A stretch of DNA of 63,834 nucleotides, counting the filler, from Folioceros fuciformis (taxonomy: Eukaryota): the NCBI GenBank assembly GCA_049999805.1. It is 9 parts of 9 records of this genome, joined end to end, with 100 filler letters (N's around TTAATTAATTAA, not from the genome) between each part and the next. Parts side by side here need not be neighbours in the genome. Positions count along the whole stretch, not along the records: positions 1 to 29,610 come from JBNGIO010002041.1; 8 more parts are not named here. One strand, 5' to 3'. A model generated the notes under the pieces. It ran no database searches. It was not told the DNA's origin and saw only the letters and a list, made by a program, of their open reading frames with translations. Of the stretch, positions 11,513 through 24,800 are shown piece after piece (position 1 is the first letter of the stretch; every line of letters starts with the position of its first letter). The position numbers and the translations under genes are program-made.

Positions 11513-14269
11513 TCAGAGGTTGTCACTCTGGTATTTTTCCTGGAACACGTTGCAAACTTCCTCATCTGCCGGCTTTTTTGGAACGTTATCAAATTGAGCA
11601 AGAATATCATAAGTTATTTTGTCTGGAGCGCAGCCCCTTTCCTTCATCTCCATATGTAACTTCCGCGCATCTTCATACCTCCCAAAATCCCCTAGGCCGC
11701 CTATAACGGTGTTGTAGGTGACCACATCGGGCACACAGCCATCGCTACGCATCTGCCTCATAAGGGATTCACCTTTACTCACTTGACCAGCCCTGCAGAG
11801 TCCCGCAATAAGGATGTTGTACAGAACTAGGTCTGCAACAAATTTCTTTTCCCTCATTTCCTGGAACAGTTCCCAGGCTTCGTCTACCCTAGATTCTTGG
11901 CAAAGACCAGTGATCAGGATGTGGTAGGTCACTCTGTCTGCGACCACGTTCGCATCCTTCATCTCTTGGAACAGATTAAGAGCCTCGTCTACTTGATCTG
12001 CCCTTCTCAGTCCATCCAGCATGGAGTTGTAGGTGATGACATCCATCTCAAAGCCCAATGCTTTCATTTCCTGCAAGAGATTCCAAGCCTCATCCATCTC
12101 TCCTGCTTTTCCAAGTCCAGAAATTACAGCGTTGTATGTCACCAGATTTGGTTCACACCCTTGTTCCTTCATCTCTCGAAAAAGAGTCCAGGCCCTATCA
12201 ATGTAACCTGCTTTGCTAAGTCTGTTCACGAGTGTGGAGTAAACATATACATCTGGCTTGCAACCCGCCTCTTTCATCGCATTGAATAGATTACAGGCTT
12301 CCTCAACCAGCCCCATACTACCCACAATATTAATGACCGCGTTGAAGGTGAACCCATCTGGTTTCAATCCTTTGGCCTTCAGTTCACCAAAAAGCTCGTA
12401 TGCATCTTGCAGTTCTCCAGCCTTCCCCAACGCATAGAGAAGTGTGTTCCATGTGATCAGATCTGGATTGCAGCCATCTCTTTGCATTTGCACGTAGATA
12501 TCTTTGGCTTTGTTGGGTTGACCAGCCTTGCCCAGCCCATAAATGAGGGCATTGTAAGTTTGAAGACCAGGAACACAATTCTTCAATTTCATCTCTGCGA
12601 AAAGTTCCAAGGCTTTATCGATCTGCTCATCCTTGCCGTGCCCGTCAATGAGTGTGGTATATGTTATGGTGTTTGGCAAACACCCTTGGTCTTGCATTTC
12701 CTGAAAAAGACGGTCTGCTAAGTCCATCTTCCCTACCCTTACTGCAGCACCAATCACGGTGTTGTAAGTCACCTGATCCCTAGCACAACCAAACTTTTCC
12801 ATCTCTTCAAAGATCTCAAAGGCCTTCTCAAACCTGCCTGCCTTTGAAAGACCTGCAATCAGAACATTATAATTGAGCACTTCCGGAACAAACGATTTCG
12901 CTTTCATATCCTCAAAAAGCATGTATGCTTGATCAATCATTTCAGCCTTACAATATGCATCCAGGAAAATAGAATACGTCACGGTGTCTGGGAAAAGACC
13001 TCTTCGCCTCATGTCTTCCATGTGCTGGGATGCTTTATCTAGTTGACCAGCTCTACAAAGACCATGCAAGTAAGAGTTGTGGGTCACAACATTAGCCGAG
13101 CACCCACCTTGCTCCATCTTCACAAAAAGTTTCAGAGCCTCGTCGATCTGACCTGCTTTAGCAAAAGCAGACATCAGCGTGTTGTATGTTATAAGACCTG
13201 GCGTACACCCGGCTCTACTCATAATGTCGAACAGGTCCAGGGCCATCTCTATTTTACCCGCTTTCCCACAGCCATCAATCAGTATGTTGTAAATGATCAC
13301 ATTCGGCTGAGGTCCTCCAGCTCTCATCTTCGTGAACATCTCATATGCCTCATCAATCCTGTTCGCCCTGCAAAGTCCAAAGATGATAGCACAATATGTG
13401 AAGACATTTGCTGGACAGCCGTTCGCCTTCATGTCTTCAAACAGCGACAAGGCGTCATCCAGTTTGCCTGCTTTGACAAAGCAATCGATCATACTGTTGA
13501 ATGTCCGAGTGTCTGGACGAAGCCCAAGAGAGAGCATCTGTTCATACATTTGCTGAGCCGTGTGATGGAATTTTCCCTTCACCAGGATATCAATAAGGCA
13601 GTTGTAATTGATCACATTCGGCTTGCAGCCAAAGCTTTTGAACCTCTCAAAGGCATTGATGGCGCCCTTGTAATTCCTGGCCTTGCCATAGCTTGTCAGA
13701 ATTCCAGTCAGAGTGACGGCTGAAAGCTCACATTTATCATTTCGCATTTCTTCAACCAGGTTCCACATAGCCACGAGGTTTCCTGCGTCACCCAGTTTAT
13801 GAATTATCATGGTGTATGTGTAGGCGTTGTGTTTGTAACCTTTCTGCTGTTCCGCCCAATTGAAAAATGACAAAGACAGTTGTACATCTTTCAGCTGCCT
13901 CAGTACTTCTGCAACAACATAAGGCCTTAAGGTTACCTTCAGCTGTTCCAATGCTTGGACCACAGCCGAATCCCACTTGCCCCCTTCCAAGATGTCAACC
14001 ATGGCCTTGATCTGACGAGCTTCATTTTGAGGTGCCAATTTCCGCCTGAGCTCACTGAAAACCTTGCTTCGCAGAGGATTTCCTTCCAGTATATCGTTGA
14101 AGTTAAGCGTTCCAACATTTGGGCGTACCGACCTTGCAATGCCAGCATTCAGCCTCTGTGCATCCGCACCAGGCTCAATGGCGAAACCGGTGCACTTCCT
14201 GATATATGTATCGGAAGATGGCCTGGATGGGGTGGCCGATGCAGGTCCTGCAATGAACGAACCCAACAC
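11513..14269 (-). CDS. P-class pentatricopeptide repeat protein (~21 tandem 35-aa PPR motifs); true N-terminus unresolved, a short upstream exon is likely
   Basis: 918-aa ORF with 21 countable P motifs (e.g. VTYNTVIGAAVRVGKMDLADRLFQEMQDQGCLPN) and no E/DYW domain. The ORF begins at GTG right after a polypyrimidine-AG acceptor-like site. Confidence 0.93.
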   Translation of the reverse strand: MLGSFIAGPASATPSRPSSDTYIRKCTGFAIEPGADAQRLNAGIARSVRPNVGTLNFNDILEGNPLRSKVFSELRRKLAPQNEARQIKAMVDILEGGKWDSAVVQALEQLKVTLRPYVVAEVLRQLKDVQLSLSFFNWAEQQKGYKHNAYTYTMIIHKLGDAGNLVAMWNLVEEMRNDKCELSAVTLTGILTSYGKARNYKGAINAFERFKSFGCKPNVINYNCLIDILVKGKFHHTAQQMYEQMLSLGLRPDTRTFNSMIDCFVKAGKLDDALSLFEDMKANGCPANVFTYCAIIFGLCRANRIDEAYEMFTKMRAGGPQPNVIIYNILIDGCGKAGKIEMALDLFDIMSRAGCTPGLITYNTLMSAFAKAGQIDEALKLFVKMEQGGCSANVVTHNSYLHGLCRAGQLDKASQHMEDMRRRGLFPDTVTYSIFLDAYCKAEMIDQAYMLFEDMKAKSFVPEVLNYNVLIAGLSKAGRFEKAFEIFEEMEKFGCARDQVTYNTVIGAAVRVGKMDLADRLFQEMQDQGCLPNTITYTTLIDGHGKDEQIDKALELFAEMKLKNCVPGLQTYNALIYGLGKAGQPNKAKDIYVQMQRDGCNPDLITWNTLLYALGKAGELQDAYELFGELKAKGLKPDGFTFNAVINIVGSMGLVEEACNLFNAMKEAGCKPDVYVYSTLVNRLSKAGYIDRAWTLFREMKEQGCEPNLVTYNAVISGLGKAGEMDEAWNLLQEMKALGFEMDVITYNSMLDGLRRADQVDEALNLFQEMKDANVVADRVTYHILITGLCQESRVDEAWELFQEMREKKFVADLVLYNILIAGLCRAGQVSKGESLMRQMRSDGCVPDVVTYNTVIGGLGDFGRYEDARKLHMEMKERGCAPDKITYDILAQFDNVPKKPADEEVCNVFQEKYQSDNL

Positions 14270-14717
14270 ACTACTTCAACAACAAAAAAATCATTCAACA
14301 GCCAAGGAGAAGATTCGAACGAGCCAGAAGCAGACAGAACACCAGGATTCCAGAGAGAGCTAAAACGAAGCTGCGAGCACAGCATTGCAACAGTCGTACT
14401 CGCAGCTGAGCTGTACAGTACCTGCGAAACATATATTTGGGGAGCGAGTAGATGCTTCTAGGCCACAACCGCAGCCCCTGTGGATGGAGAAGTGTGCCAT
14501 AGCATGTCGGGCTCGCGACAGTGGCAGCGGAGCTTCGGCTACAACCAAACGGTGTCCGGCCAAACACATGTGTGCTGAGCTGCCGGCCGCCGAGTAGGCC
14601 ACCTCAAGCTCCTCATTGCTCGAAATGAATCGCACACAGGCTCGCACAAGAAAGGTCACCACTGACCTAAGCAACGTGAGCAGTGGAGATATCTGCTGGC
14701 CAAGCTTCTTCTGCACG

Positions 14718-15643
14718 ATGTTCACCTTGTCATGGAGAAAGCCTTCCTCGAAAGAGCAGAACGCTTGTTTGGCTGGCTCCCAGTCGGTGCCTTCATTCCT
14801 TCCTCACTCTGCATATCCACATTGCGCAACTTGTGCAAAATGACGACTATGTTGTTGCGCTTGCAGGTCAGGGGAATTCAACTACGACAGCCAGCATGTG
14901 GGAGCATCCAGCGGCGCCCCATTTACAGACGGCTACGAGTCGGCGCTGAAGAAAGACGGCTACCACATCAACCATGCCCGTGTTAAGCTGGGACGTGGCT
15001 CTGATGCCTTCCTCAGAGCCAGGGAAAACCTACAGAGATGGAGGTGCTTCCATTGTGCACCGCTGTCCTATGTCTGCAGGTCTGCGGATGGATGGGACAC
15101 TAATCCATGCACGTGGAATGCGATGCAGGCATTTTCAATTGGGCTGGGCATCAGTGGACGCTTCCACGCCCATCAAGGTGGGGTCACGCTTCTGTGTGTG
15201 CAGTCAGGAGCTGTGCACATGGATTCTGAACCCCCTGGAGGTTCTGTACGTGGAAGACTCGTTCTCCCGGGAAAGCAAGGGGCCAGCTGGGACTGGAGCC
15301 AAGCCAGCCACAGCCTTTTCATTTGGAAGCGGCACTCTCAAGGGTCATCTCCTGGTTAGTGTGTAATTCTGTTGTGTAGCAGAACCTCGTCACGAGAAGC
15401 GAATTCTGTCGGCTGCTAAACTGCGAAACATTTTGCTTTGAGCAGGCGGGGGAAGAGCGGTTTGCTGTGGAGTGGGATGTGGAAGATGATCAAGTGTATT
15501 TCGACATCTATTCCTTTTCCAAGCCTGCAAACATGCTTGCAACGGTAGCGTATCCTATTGTGAAATTCAAGCAGGCTCTGTTTTCGAAGCACTCAACCGA
15601 AGCCATGCGGAAAGCCATGCATATCCATGAACCAGAACTGTAG
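14718..15643 (+). CDS. DUF1990 / UPF0548 family protein (At2g17695-like), 4 exons
   Basis: Spliced peptide MFTLSWRKPS...GEFNYD...DGYHINHARVKLGRG...WRHFQLGWASVD...FSFGSGTLKGHLL-AGEERFAVEW...DIYSFSKPA, stop 15641-15643. Confidence 0.87.
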
Positions 15644-17350
15644 TTGTTTGCCTGGTGGATATGCATGCGTACAGCACACCTCTTGGTGTTTGAGGAGCGA
15701 GTCACTGAATTGGTGCCATGGACTGCTCCCTGCGTACCACGAGAATGGGCTAGACTAGAAAAAGCCAAGAATGGGCTCTCTGTGTGGCAGGCTGGTAGCA
15801 AACATGCAGCAGGAGGGCAATGACTCAGCTGATCATTTGACATTAGTTTGCCTCCTCGAAGCATGTCATTGTGGTAGTACTGGAGCCGTGGACGAGGGTA
15901 AGCAGCATCATACGCAGATTCGGAGAAATTCCATGATTGATCTAGGCAACTCCCCTAATTACCACAAGCCTCTCAATGTTCAGATAGCAGAATATTGATT
16001 GATCCCAGACAAGACATGGAATCCGTCGCCTAGTCAAGCAGCTTCATATGCAGATGCAGAAAATGGCACTGATAAACACTGTTACTCCTCACTCTTAACC
16101 AGGCGATTTGCTCTGACATCACTTTACAAGTGGAAAGCACTCTCAACAGCCGACACTGTCACAATATAAAACAAGTAGAACCAGATCCAACAACCGCGGT
16201 GGCAGGACTGCTTGGATCAGATTGCACCCTGTAAGATTCATACTGGATCGGTGTACACTTGTGGGGTAAGTTAACTCCCGGGGAAAGTGTCTTGCCACTG
16301 CCAGGGCATCTTGAACTTGAAAAATTGCTGCTCACATCGAAATGGAATTTCTGTCTATTTGGGATACTTTTCCCGGACCCGAAACCGTACATATGTGAAG
16401 ACGTTTCAAGTTTAGCCTGGAAGGATCCGTGGAATCCCATTCTCCATTTTACGTATCATACTTTATGTGCCCAACTCACTTTGACCGAGGAATTTTCTCA
16501 CATATACTTGCTGGTCAAATAATCCTGGATAATATCATCTTTTTTCTTCTTATTTTGATGATCAAAGAGGCTATCCAAAGTTGTTTCTAAGATGGCGGGT
16601 TATGTTTGTTGTGCTTTGAATTTGCGAGCATCTCATTCTTGGTGACTAAATTTTTGCACCCAACTTTGAATTTGCAAATTTCTCGTTCTTGGTAACGGTG
16701 TTGTTATGAGAACCTATGATGTCTTAAAGCGCCTTTATAGCCTGAATGTCAAAATTTCTCATAGTCCTTACTCAAAAAATTGAAGAAGAAGCAACATTTC
16801 TAGTGAGGCAAGCTAGATTCCATGCAAAGGAGAACAAAAGAATGCCAAGGTAGTATTTGAAACTCTTTCAAATGTCTAGGTAGCCTTTGGCATGCTTTCT
16901 TTCAATTGCCAAGGTACAATTTGGCTTTGAGAAAATGGCCACTTAGATAAGACATTAACGGCATTCTCAATATTGACTTATAAAGCCACCGAATGTGGGT
17001 GTGACTCGAGGACAACTTGGATGGTAAAACCATGAAAACTTTACACCCGCTAACGATGTAGATGTAGAAATGCCTTCCCGACCCCAATGGGTCTCACCTT
17101 CAAAGTAGGCTTGTCCAAAGCTAGTAGCTTGACTCTCCTCCATAGAGATTCGATAAGGAACCTTGCTATTGGCTACCATTGCTGCCAATATAAAAAACCA
17201 TGAAAAGTCACTCAAAGGGTCCTCAAGAGAGAAAAAAAAAAAGGAAGTCTTAGTGATGGTCATAAATTGTCACTTATAACCCCTTAAAGAAAGTCCGGGA
17301 CAGGGGAGAGGTTACAACCAAAGACCGTGACTTTGGTTAAGCAGAAAGGC

Positions 17351-17620
17351 TTCTCAATTGTAGGGCTGAGAAGGTCTTCTCAATTGTAGGGCTGAGAAGG
17401 TCATTCTCAATTGTAGGGCTGAGAAGGTCATGTAGTCATAAGGTTTTGGGTGGAGGCACACAGTGCACAACTGGTTTCTTTAGTCACAAATGCTAGCTAG
17501 CTTCAAACATAAACAATTATAGGGTTGAGAAGGTCATGTAGTTGTAAGGTTTTAGGTGGAGGCACAAAGTGCACAAATTGGTTTCCTTAGTCACAAATGC
17601 TAGCTAGCTTCAAACATAAA
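17351..17620. repeat. Local tandem repeats: 3x ~26 bp followed by a ~107-bp duplication
   Basis: ttctcaattgtagggctgagaaggtc occurs x3; the block gagaaggtcatgtag...tagtcacaaatgctagctagcttcaaacataaa occurs twice. Confidence 0.85.
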
Positions 17621-18095
17621 GCTCTACAGCCAAGGTGCCCAATATAAAACCTCTTGAAATGGTTCTAACAAACCTTGTTGATTTAAGTAGACTCAAGCCA
17701 CGGTTTTGCCACTAGTAGATCTTTGTCCAAGAGCCTACCCTTCTCTTGACCAAAAAATGGTAAAGACAAGAAGCCAGCTCTTTATCACTCAAAGGATTTC
17801 CCTAGAGCAACAAAAACATCACTTAGCAAGAGAAAGGAGCGTAGTCCAAACATCCTTGCCCTTTTGGTTTCATGCAAGGCATTCCCAAAGAAGACAAGAG
17901 ACCAAGCAAACATCATTGTAAAGACACTTAGATAGACATTTTAAAGACACATAGATAAGTGATGGAAAAGGTCAGTACAAGAGTACCAAGCATAAAACAA
18001 GGCAATGGAAAAGGTGAGGACAAGAGTAGCAAGTGTGAAACAAAGCCAACAGGCATTTAGGTTGCCTTCGAATCCACAACGAAGCCTTCGGAGGC

Positions 18096-18205
18096 AGACA
18101 TGGATCAGTGATCCACAACCAAGACATGGATCAGTGATCCACAACCAAGCCTTTGGAGTCAGCTAGGGATCAATGATCCACAAACAAGCCTTTGGAGTAA
18201 GCTCG
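18096..18205. repeat. Short imperfect tandem repeats
   Basis: agacatggatcagtgatccacaacca x2 and caagcctttggagt x2. Confidence 0.75.
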
Positions 18206-18837
18206 GGATCCGTTGGTCGCTTTGCTCCTAAATTGACTAAACAATGACACTCCACTCCTTCTCCACAATAAACACTCTAAATTGACTACACCTCAGACTC
18301 TAAACAAAGACGACTTCCTAATTTGGTTGGATTGATTGCTAGCTGTAAGTCATGGTTCGCAAGGGATTAGTCACACACAACAGTATGGGTAGCCCAATAC
18401 CACGTCTTACAACCCTAACATTTCATAGCTTGAAAAGATTTTAAATATAAAAAATATACCACGTCATGTTTTTTCAATATGGTACAAATAATCAATAAAT
18501 TTAGGTGTGTTGTAGCTTTGATCGTCCGGCGCAGTGCAAGTACTCTATGTTCATTTAATTAGGTGGCTCGTCACAAACGCAAGTGTCACCCTACTTTCCA
18601 AGTGACACTGCCCGGTACAAAACTCGGGAAAGATCAGGACACACCATGTCAGTGTCCACATCTGTGTACATCAGGTTAGACTACACTCGCTCCACAAGTC
18701 AAAGTCACTACTGTTACAGATGGGAGACGAGAAGAATGTTGTAAACTTCGGCTGGCTAGCTACCTGTACACGAATGAAAAGAAGGGTTGTCAGTGCTTCC
18801 TCCTCACTGGACGAAAGCAGAACAAGGATCTTGAGTA

Positions 18838-21800
18838 TTAATACATCCGTCGCTTGAAATGGTGGTCTTCTTCCATCCGCTCCATATTAGCTTCTGCATC
18901 TGACAAGTCCGCTTCCAGCTTCGCCAGCTCCATGTCGCACAGCTCCAGAAGCCGATCAGCAAGAGGAGGAATGCCAGGATGGCGCCCATCATTGTAGATA
19001 TGGGCGTTTAGTGCAATCTGCTCGACATCCCGTCGAAATTCATCCCGACTCTTGTAAGCCAATTTCCGCACGTTCTCCCTAATTTGGGCAAGATCCATGG
19101 GCCGCTTAACATACTGGAGGTAATCAGGAGCTTCCTTCTTACTGACAGGCTTCAGAAACAAGTAGGCAACGTCTGACTTTCTGAGTCTCTCGACGATGCC
19201 GTCTAGTATGTTGGACAAAAGCACCTGACAAAAGCCACACACGATTAGATCTATCCAGATCTACCTACCACAACCTTACTGACCCCAGCGATGTTTAGGT
19301 CATCCATCCGTATCTACTAATGCCAAACCAAGCAGTCTACAATTCTCACCTCCCCACCACCCTGTCTCTTCCTCTGGCGCTTGGGTTGGATATTGGCTTC
19401 TGCTGTCTGATCGGCACCTAGTCCAGCATCCAATTGCGACCGCTTCTTCCTTCCTCTCACCCTCTCACGCTCACTGACCTTGGAATCTCTACCTACCGGG
19501 GCTGCTCGCCTTGACCTGTTTTCATCCAGCTTCTGTTGTGTCCTTTGTCTTTTCTTCTCCTCCTGCCGTAACGACCTTTCTTGCTCCCTCTGCTCATCTG
19601 ATTTCTGCCGTTTTACTTCTCTTTCCCTTTCAAGCAGTTCTCTCTGTTGCTTCTCTCTTTCTTTAAGTTCTCTTTCCTTCCGTGCTTTGTCCCATTCCCT
19701 CATCTCCCTCTCCCTCCGCTCCCGTTCCTTCCTGTCCCTTTCCCTCTTCTCTTCCTCCCTCTGCTCCTTCTCCCTCTGCTCCCTCTCCTTCTGTTCCCTC
19801 TCCCTCTGCTCTCGCTCCCTCTGCTCCCTCTCCCTCTGCTCCCGCTCCATCTGCTCCCTCTCCCTTTCTCTTTCCTTTTCCATCTCTCTCTCCCTCAACT
19901 CCTTTTCCTTCAGCTCCTTCTCCTTAGCCCGCTCCCTCTCCTTCGCCCGCTCCCGCTCTCTCTCCCTCTCCTTCGCGCGCTCCTTTGCCTTCTCCCTCTC
20001 CACCATCTCCTTTTGCTTCTCTCTCTCTTTTTCTGCTTTCCGCTCCTTTTCCAATTCTAAAGACTTCAGACGAGCGAATTCCTGCTCTTTGGGCATCAAC
20101 CATTCACTCTCCGTAATCCTATGTAGTTCAACTTCCCCGTCCTGATGTGACTGATGCTCCGACTCATAAACGTGTGGTCGTCCTGTGTCTTTAGCACACT
20201 GCTGTTCCTGCTGATGCATGCGATGGTTCTTCTCATTCGCCTGCCTTTCCTGCTTGGCCTGTTTAACCTTCTGAAGGTTTGGATCTACTGCCCTGACAAT
20301 CCCCCTATCTATGATCTTAATCTTCTTCGGTTTAGCTTGTTGCTTCTTCACATTTACGTGTACTACTAGTGAATCACCTACCTCCCCTTTTCCTGTGGCT
20401 ACATCTCCAGCATTTTCCAGTCTGTTGCTAGAGCTCATATGACCAGCTTCTTGGTTAACAGGAATTTTGATCTTCAGAGCTGGAAGCTTTTCTATTACCG
20501 CATCTTTCTTCTCCTTTGCCACAGGTTTGATTTTTGGAATGACAGGTTTGGTAGCCTGAAGCTCATCCATTTTCCGTTTTTTGATCGTCAATTTCGTTCC
20601 CTGTCGTTCCACAAGGCCCTCTGTAATTGCGGCGTCGGGTTTTGGAGCCTTGTCTGCCTCTTCCATGTACAATGGACACTTTTTGTTGGTGCGCATGTGT
20701 CCGAGCTGATGTCACACAGAAACACTTCATTAACTCTTTGGAGGCAACAAATTGAACTCTGACCTCCATCTGCAACCCAGGAGACCTATATGGCATACCT
20801 GACCACATGCCCCACAAATCACAGTCAAGGACGGTCGAGACCCATCCTTTACGGCCTTCTCCTTCAATTTTGAAGCTGTGTTCACCTGCTTGTGCAAAAA
20901 CGTAGCCCATACAACACTAGTTTCAAGTGCCCTCTTTTCATGAGCTCCAAAAAGGTTGAGGGCACGACAATGCGTGGAAATGAGACTATTGGGACATGTC
21001 CAACGTGGAACTAATAATCCTCACCTTGGTGAGATCTTTGACAACAGCTTTCTTCTTTTCCTTCTTGCCCGTGACAACTGTCTTAGCACCTGCTTTCGTT
21101 GCCTGCTTATCTTCTTCTAAACCCCGTTTTTTGGCTTCCGCTGCCATTTTAGCCTTTTTCTGTGCAATGTAGTGTGCAACCTACACTCAAGACATACAAG
21201 ATAAGTGCCTTTCCCACAGGGTCAGACAGGAACCACGGGAAAAAGAATGATGGGGTAGAAGTAGACCTTCTTGGGATCCGTTATGATCTCCTCCTTGAGA
21301 GTAAACGAGCCATCTGCCTGCATGATTTTTATAGTACGCCTGAGTGTTTGCACTATTTGCTTTTTCTTCTTGGCCCCTTGATTCTGATGCGCAGGCTCTT
21401 CAACTTTGTTTTGTACTTTGTCGTGATTACTTTTTTTCTCAATTACAGCACTAGCAACCTTTTTCTTCTGTGCATCCTCCTCACCCTCATCGTCTACAGT
21501 TGCCATCCAGCAATAGATCAAAGAACTTGTCCGAAACATGTAATATTTCCTGCCTCACAGTTCAGCCACATACCTTCCATAAGCATGCGTCGGAGCTCAG
21601 CTGCTTCTGCCGCCTCGTCCTCCGCTTCTTCTTCTCTTTGAGCTTCTAATGCTCGTCGCCGCGACCCTAGACCTCGCATGCCATCCCTTTTGGCTCTCTT
21701 GGAGGCTTCATCTTCATCGTCACCTTCCTCTGCTTCTAGAAGATTCTCGAGATCGCCAACAAAAGTGTCAAGATCGCCATTGGCCTCTCCATCACTTTCG

Positions 21801-24800
21801 GAGTCCTCGCCTTCTGCAAAAGTAAGACTTTGAACCTGCCTATCCCAGACCTCTTGACATTTCTCTCGGGTCTGCTGCTGCAGCTGCAGGAAGGACATCC
21901 GCTGGCCTCGAGCAAACTTGTTGAGCGCTGCCACACCTACTTTAACACCCGAAGCAGCTTGTTCACTAGAGAGTTTTCTCACCAACGCTATTCTGTGCCA
22001 TCTGGTCATCTTCTCAATCTGCGCCTCTGAAACTTTGAACTTCAAAAGAACCTGCATGCAAAGTTGAGACGCATCAGAAACCGTTCGCAGAATTTCCCTC
22101 CCAAGAACCAGGAATAGGTTTCCTAAGTAGAAAGTGCAGACAAACATAAGACATGAAATAACATCACCTCACGCGCTGCATCCATGCTCAGCCGTCGTAG
22201 ATCAGCATCAGTCCCAGTAACGGCCCCACCTCCCCGTGCCGCAGCTGCTTTTTTCTCTACTAGGGCACCTGAACCGGGTGGCTTAGCAGCAACTCTCAAG
22301 TAGCTGAAACCCAATCCTCTTCCAGAAGGGTCTCCTATTCCAGATATTTCCAATCGTTCAATGCACTGTCGTCCCTGCAAAAAGCAATCCCTGCTGAGTC
22401 TCGATTTTTGCAGGTCTGAGAAAAAGACGAAACTATCATGCCAACAAGCTTTGAACTCGAAGACAACAAGAAATTGAGCATGCCTGCAAGGTCGCGGAGA
22501 CAAAATTTGAGCTTAAGTTCCAAGGGCTAAACTGCAACTCGCGTTCTATCACTGATGCAGCGGCAAGAACAATCGCATCATCTGGAAGTTGTGCTATAGC
22601 AGGGGTAAGACCAGTAGGCTGTGTAAGCTTGTGTATCCCTATACGTTTCAAGTGATATAAGCCAGCTTGCATACTTTCATAGCTGCAAACCTGCATGCGG
22701 GATCCATATCAATGTAATGAGAAAAGAAAGTCAAACCAAGCCGTTCTGTATTTGTCCCACAACAAGATCAGGGTAGATATATTCTTGTTTCCGCCCACAG
22801 GAGACCCAAACCTACATGTTCTGGAATCACCATGCGGCGAAGTTCCTCCTCTGATGGTATACGGAAATTGCGCTTTAGAGTCCAAAACAGCTCACCGCCA
22901 GGACCCCTCTGTCACATGGGTCAATGGGATGGTACTCAGAAATAATCCAAGCTCCCACTGTGCAGTGTATTCATTGAAGGATGTTAACATAGCAGGCAAC
23001 TTGCCCACTGGAATCAGACATCTACAAACCTGTAGATCAGCACAAGTCCTCAGGCGCTTCCGTGTAAACCCTTCAGTCAAAGAGGGGAACTGAGACAGAA
23101 GCTCATCAGCACGGATCCGTGGCAGAATTCCAGGCTTTTCATTCGCTCGAAATTCCCGATAGACATAAACCAACAACCGATTGCCAACATAATTTTGCAC
23201 TGCCTTTGATGTTGGGGTCAAGACTTCCATGTGAGGCTCCTACAGCAGGCAATCACAGCAAGGTCAAGCAAGTCAACCACATCAATCCGCAGTGTAGCAT
23301 ATACACGTTGCATACCTTAAACACCCCGCAGTGTAGCATATAGACGTTGCATACCTTAAACACAATAGCTCTCAGTCACAAAAGAATGCAAGATGGCTAC
23401 ACACCTGCTGGCCTACAACATGGATGCTGTCAATCCGTCTGAGTGAAAGCTTTCCTTTGGCAGAGCGAACGAGAAGAAAATCTGTAGGAGCAACTCGATG
23501 AGCAAACACTGGAGCTCGATATAGATTGGTCTCAAGGCTTGCTTGAGTCTCCCCAGGTTGTATGTCACCTAGAAAAGGGGAATCTTCAGTTGGCTCTAAA
23601 GGAAGTGCAACTCCCACCCAAGAGCCCCGTTCATTTTTCAAAGTGAGAGCCGTGGAGTCTGTTGGCGTTTGCTTGCGGTAGTATGTAGATAACCTAGCAC
23701 CCATACCAACATTCCCAAGCAAAAGAGGTCGCTCTTCACAGTATCTGAATCAAATCAAACATCCAGGTTAACAAACCTTCAAGAGCAGCTCCAAGTGAGA
23801 AACTGTCAATGATTTTGATACTCACTCCATCAGTGCAACATGACCATCCTTCACAGACAGCTCTGACTTTTTCTTGAATGCACCAGGTGGTCGCATTGGC
23901 TTGTTTTCACCAGGCAGTCTCTGAGCTTTTGGCAAAGGATGGACCTTGGAACGAACAAGATGAAGCACAGAATTTGGAGGAACCTCTTGCTCGGCCAACG
24001 TCTTGCCACCTTCTAACTCCTTCCCACAGTACAGCACCCTTGTCCTTTCGGAGGTCTTCAAGTCTGAAGCCAGATGAGGAAAATTAGACAATGACCTCTT
24101 CAGTGCTGCTGAGAGCAAAAGAGTCCACCGCATCCCTAAATCACTTACCCCCCAATTTTTTGGATGCTTTCAGCTTAAGGCCCTCCACAGTCTCAGAGGC
24201 ATCAACCTGAAGCTTGCTTCCCTTTCCTCCAAGAGTTTTAACAATGACTTTCATAGGGCCCTTTGCAGCAAGCTTCCCCTGCTCCTTGGCAGCAACTTCA
24301 TTATGGTGGGGGTACCAGACAGCCTTGGGACGGTGGAAGTTCGCCAGATCTTTGCTGCAAAGGCGCTCGGCACAGCCATGAACAAGGACTCCAGACTAAT
24401 TTGGCAAAAAAGAGAATCTCAAGGGATGAACAATGAGAAGGAGTGACCTTACTTCGTCAGTTTTGGCTTCATAGTTTGCAGCCTGATTGCAGGCACGGAA
24501 TGCATAACCTTCATACCATGTGCAGCAGCACGCTTTTTAGCGTGTGTTTTCTGTTGCTGCGCTGGTTTCTTGGTGGTGTAGTACTTGTCATTTGATATAT
24601 TAAATCGTGCCATTGCTGATGGGAGAGTGTGAGCCTCCTCTGCTATGTTTTCCTTGGATGGCTGCACAAGAAGCATAGCTGCAGCATGGCTCCGCAATTT
24701 TTGAGCTTCTCTTGTGTCATGTATTTCAAATGCCATATTTGGATCATTCAAGTCCAAGATACGCTTAGCCCTGGGCATCGAATTCCTGGCAGGCCCTTGA

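Noticed and set aside
11513-14269. PPR as an RNA-editing factor
   Set aside because: Pure P-class repeats with no L/S motifs or E/DYW domain.
19480-20145. Ser/Leu- and Pro-rich plus-strand ORFs
   Set aside because: Antisense shadows of the TAF1 E/R/K tract.
23287-23363. 39-bp tandem duplication in a TAF1 intron (a similar 40-bp one occurs at ~37115-37185)
   Set aside because: Ordinary local duplication with no functional signal.
23950-24260. Ubiquitin-like domain inside TAF1 as a novel fusion
   Set aside because: Established feature of plant TAF1.
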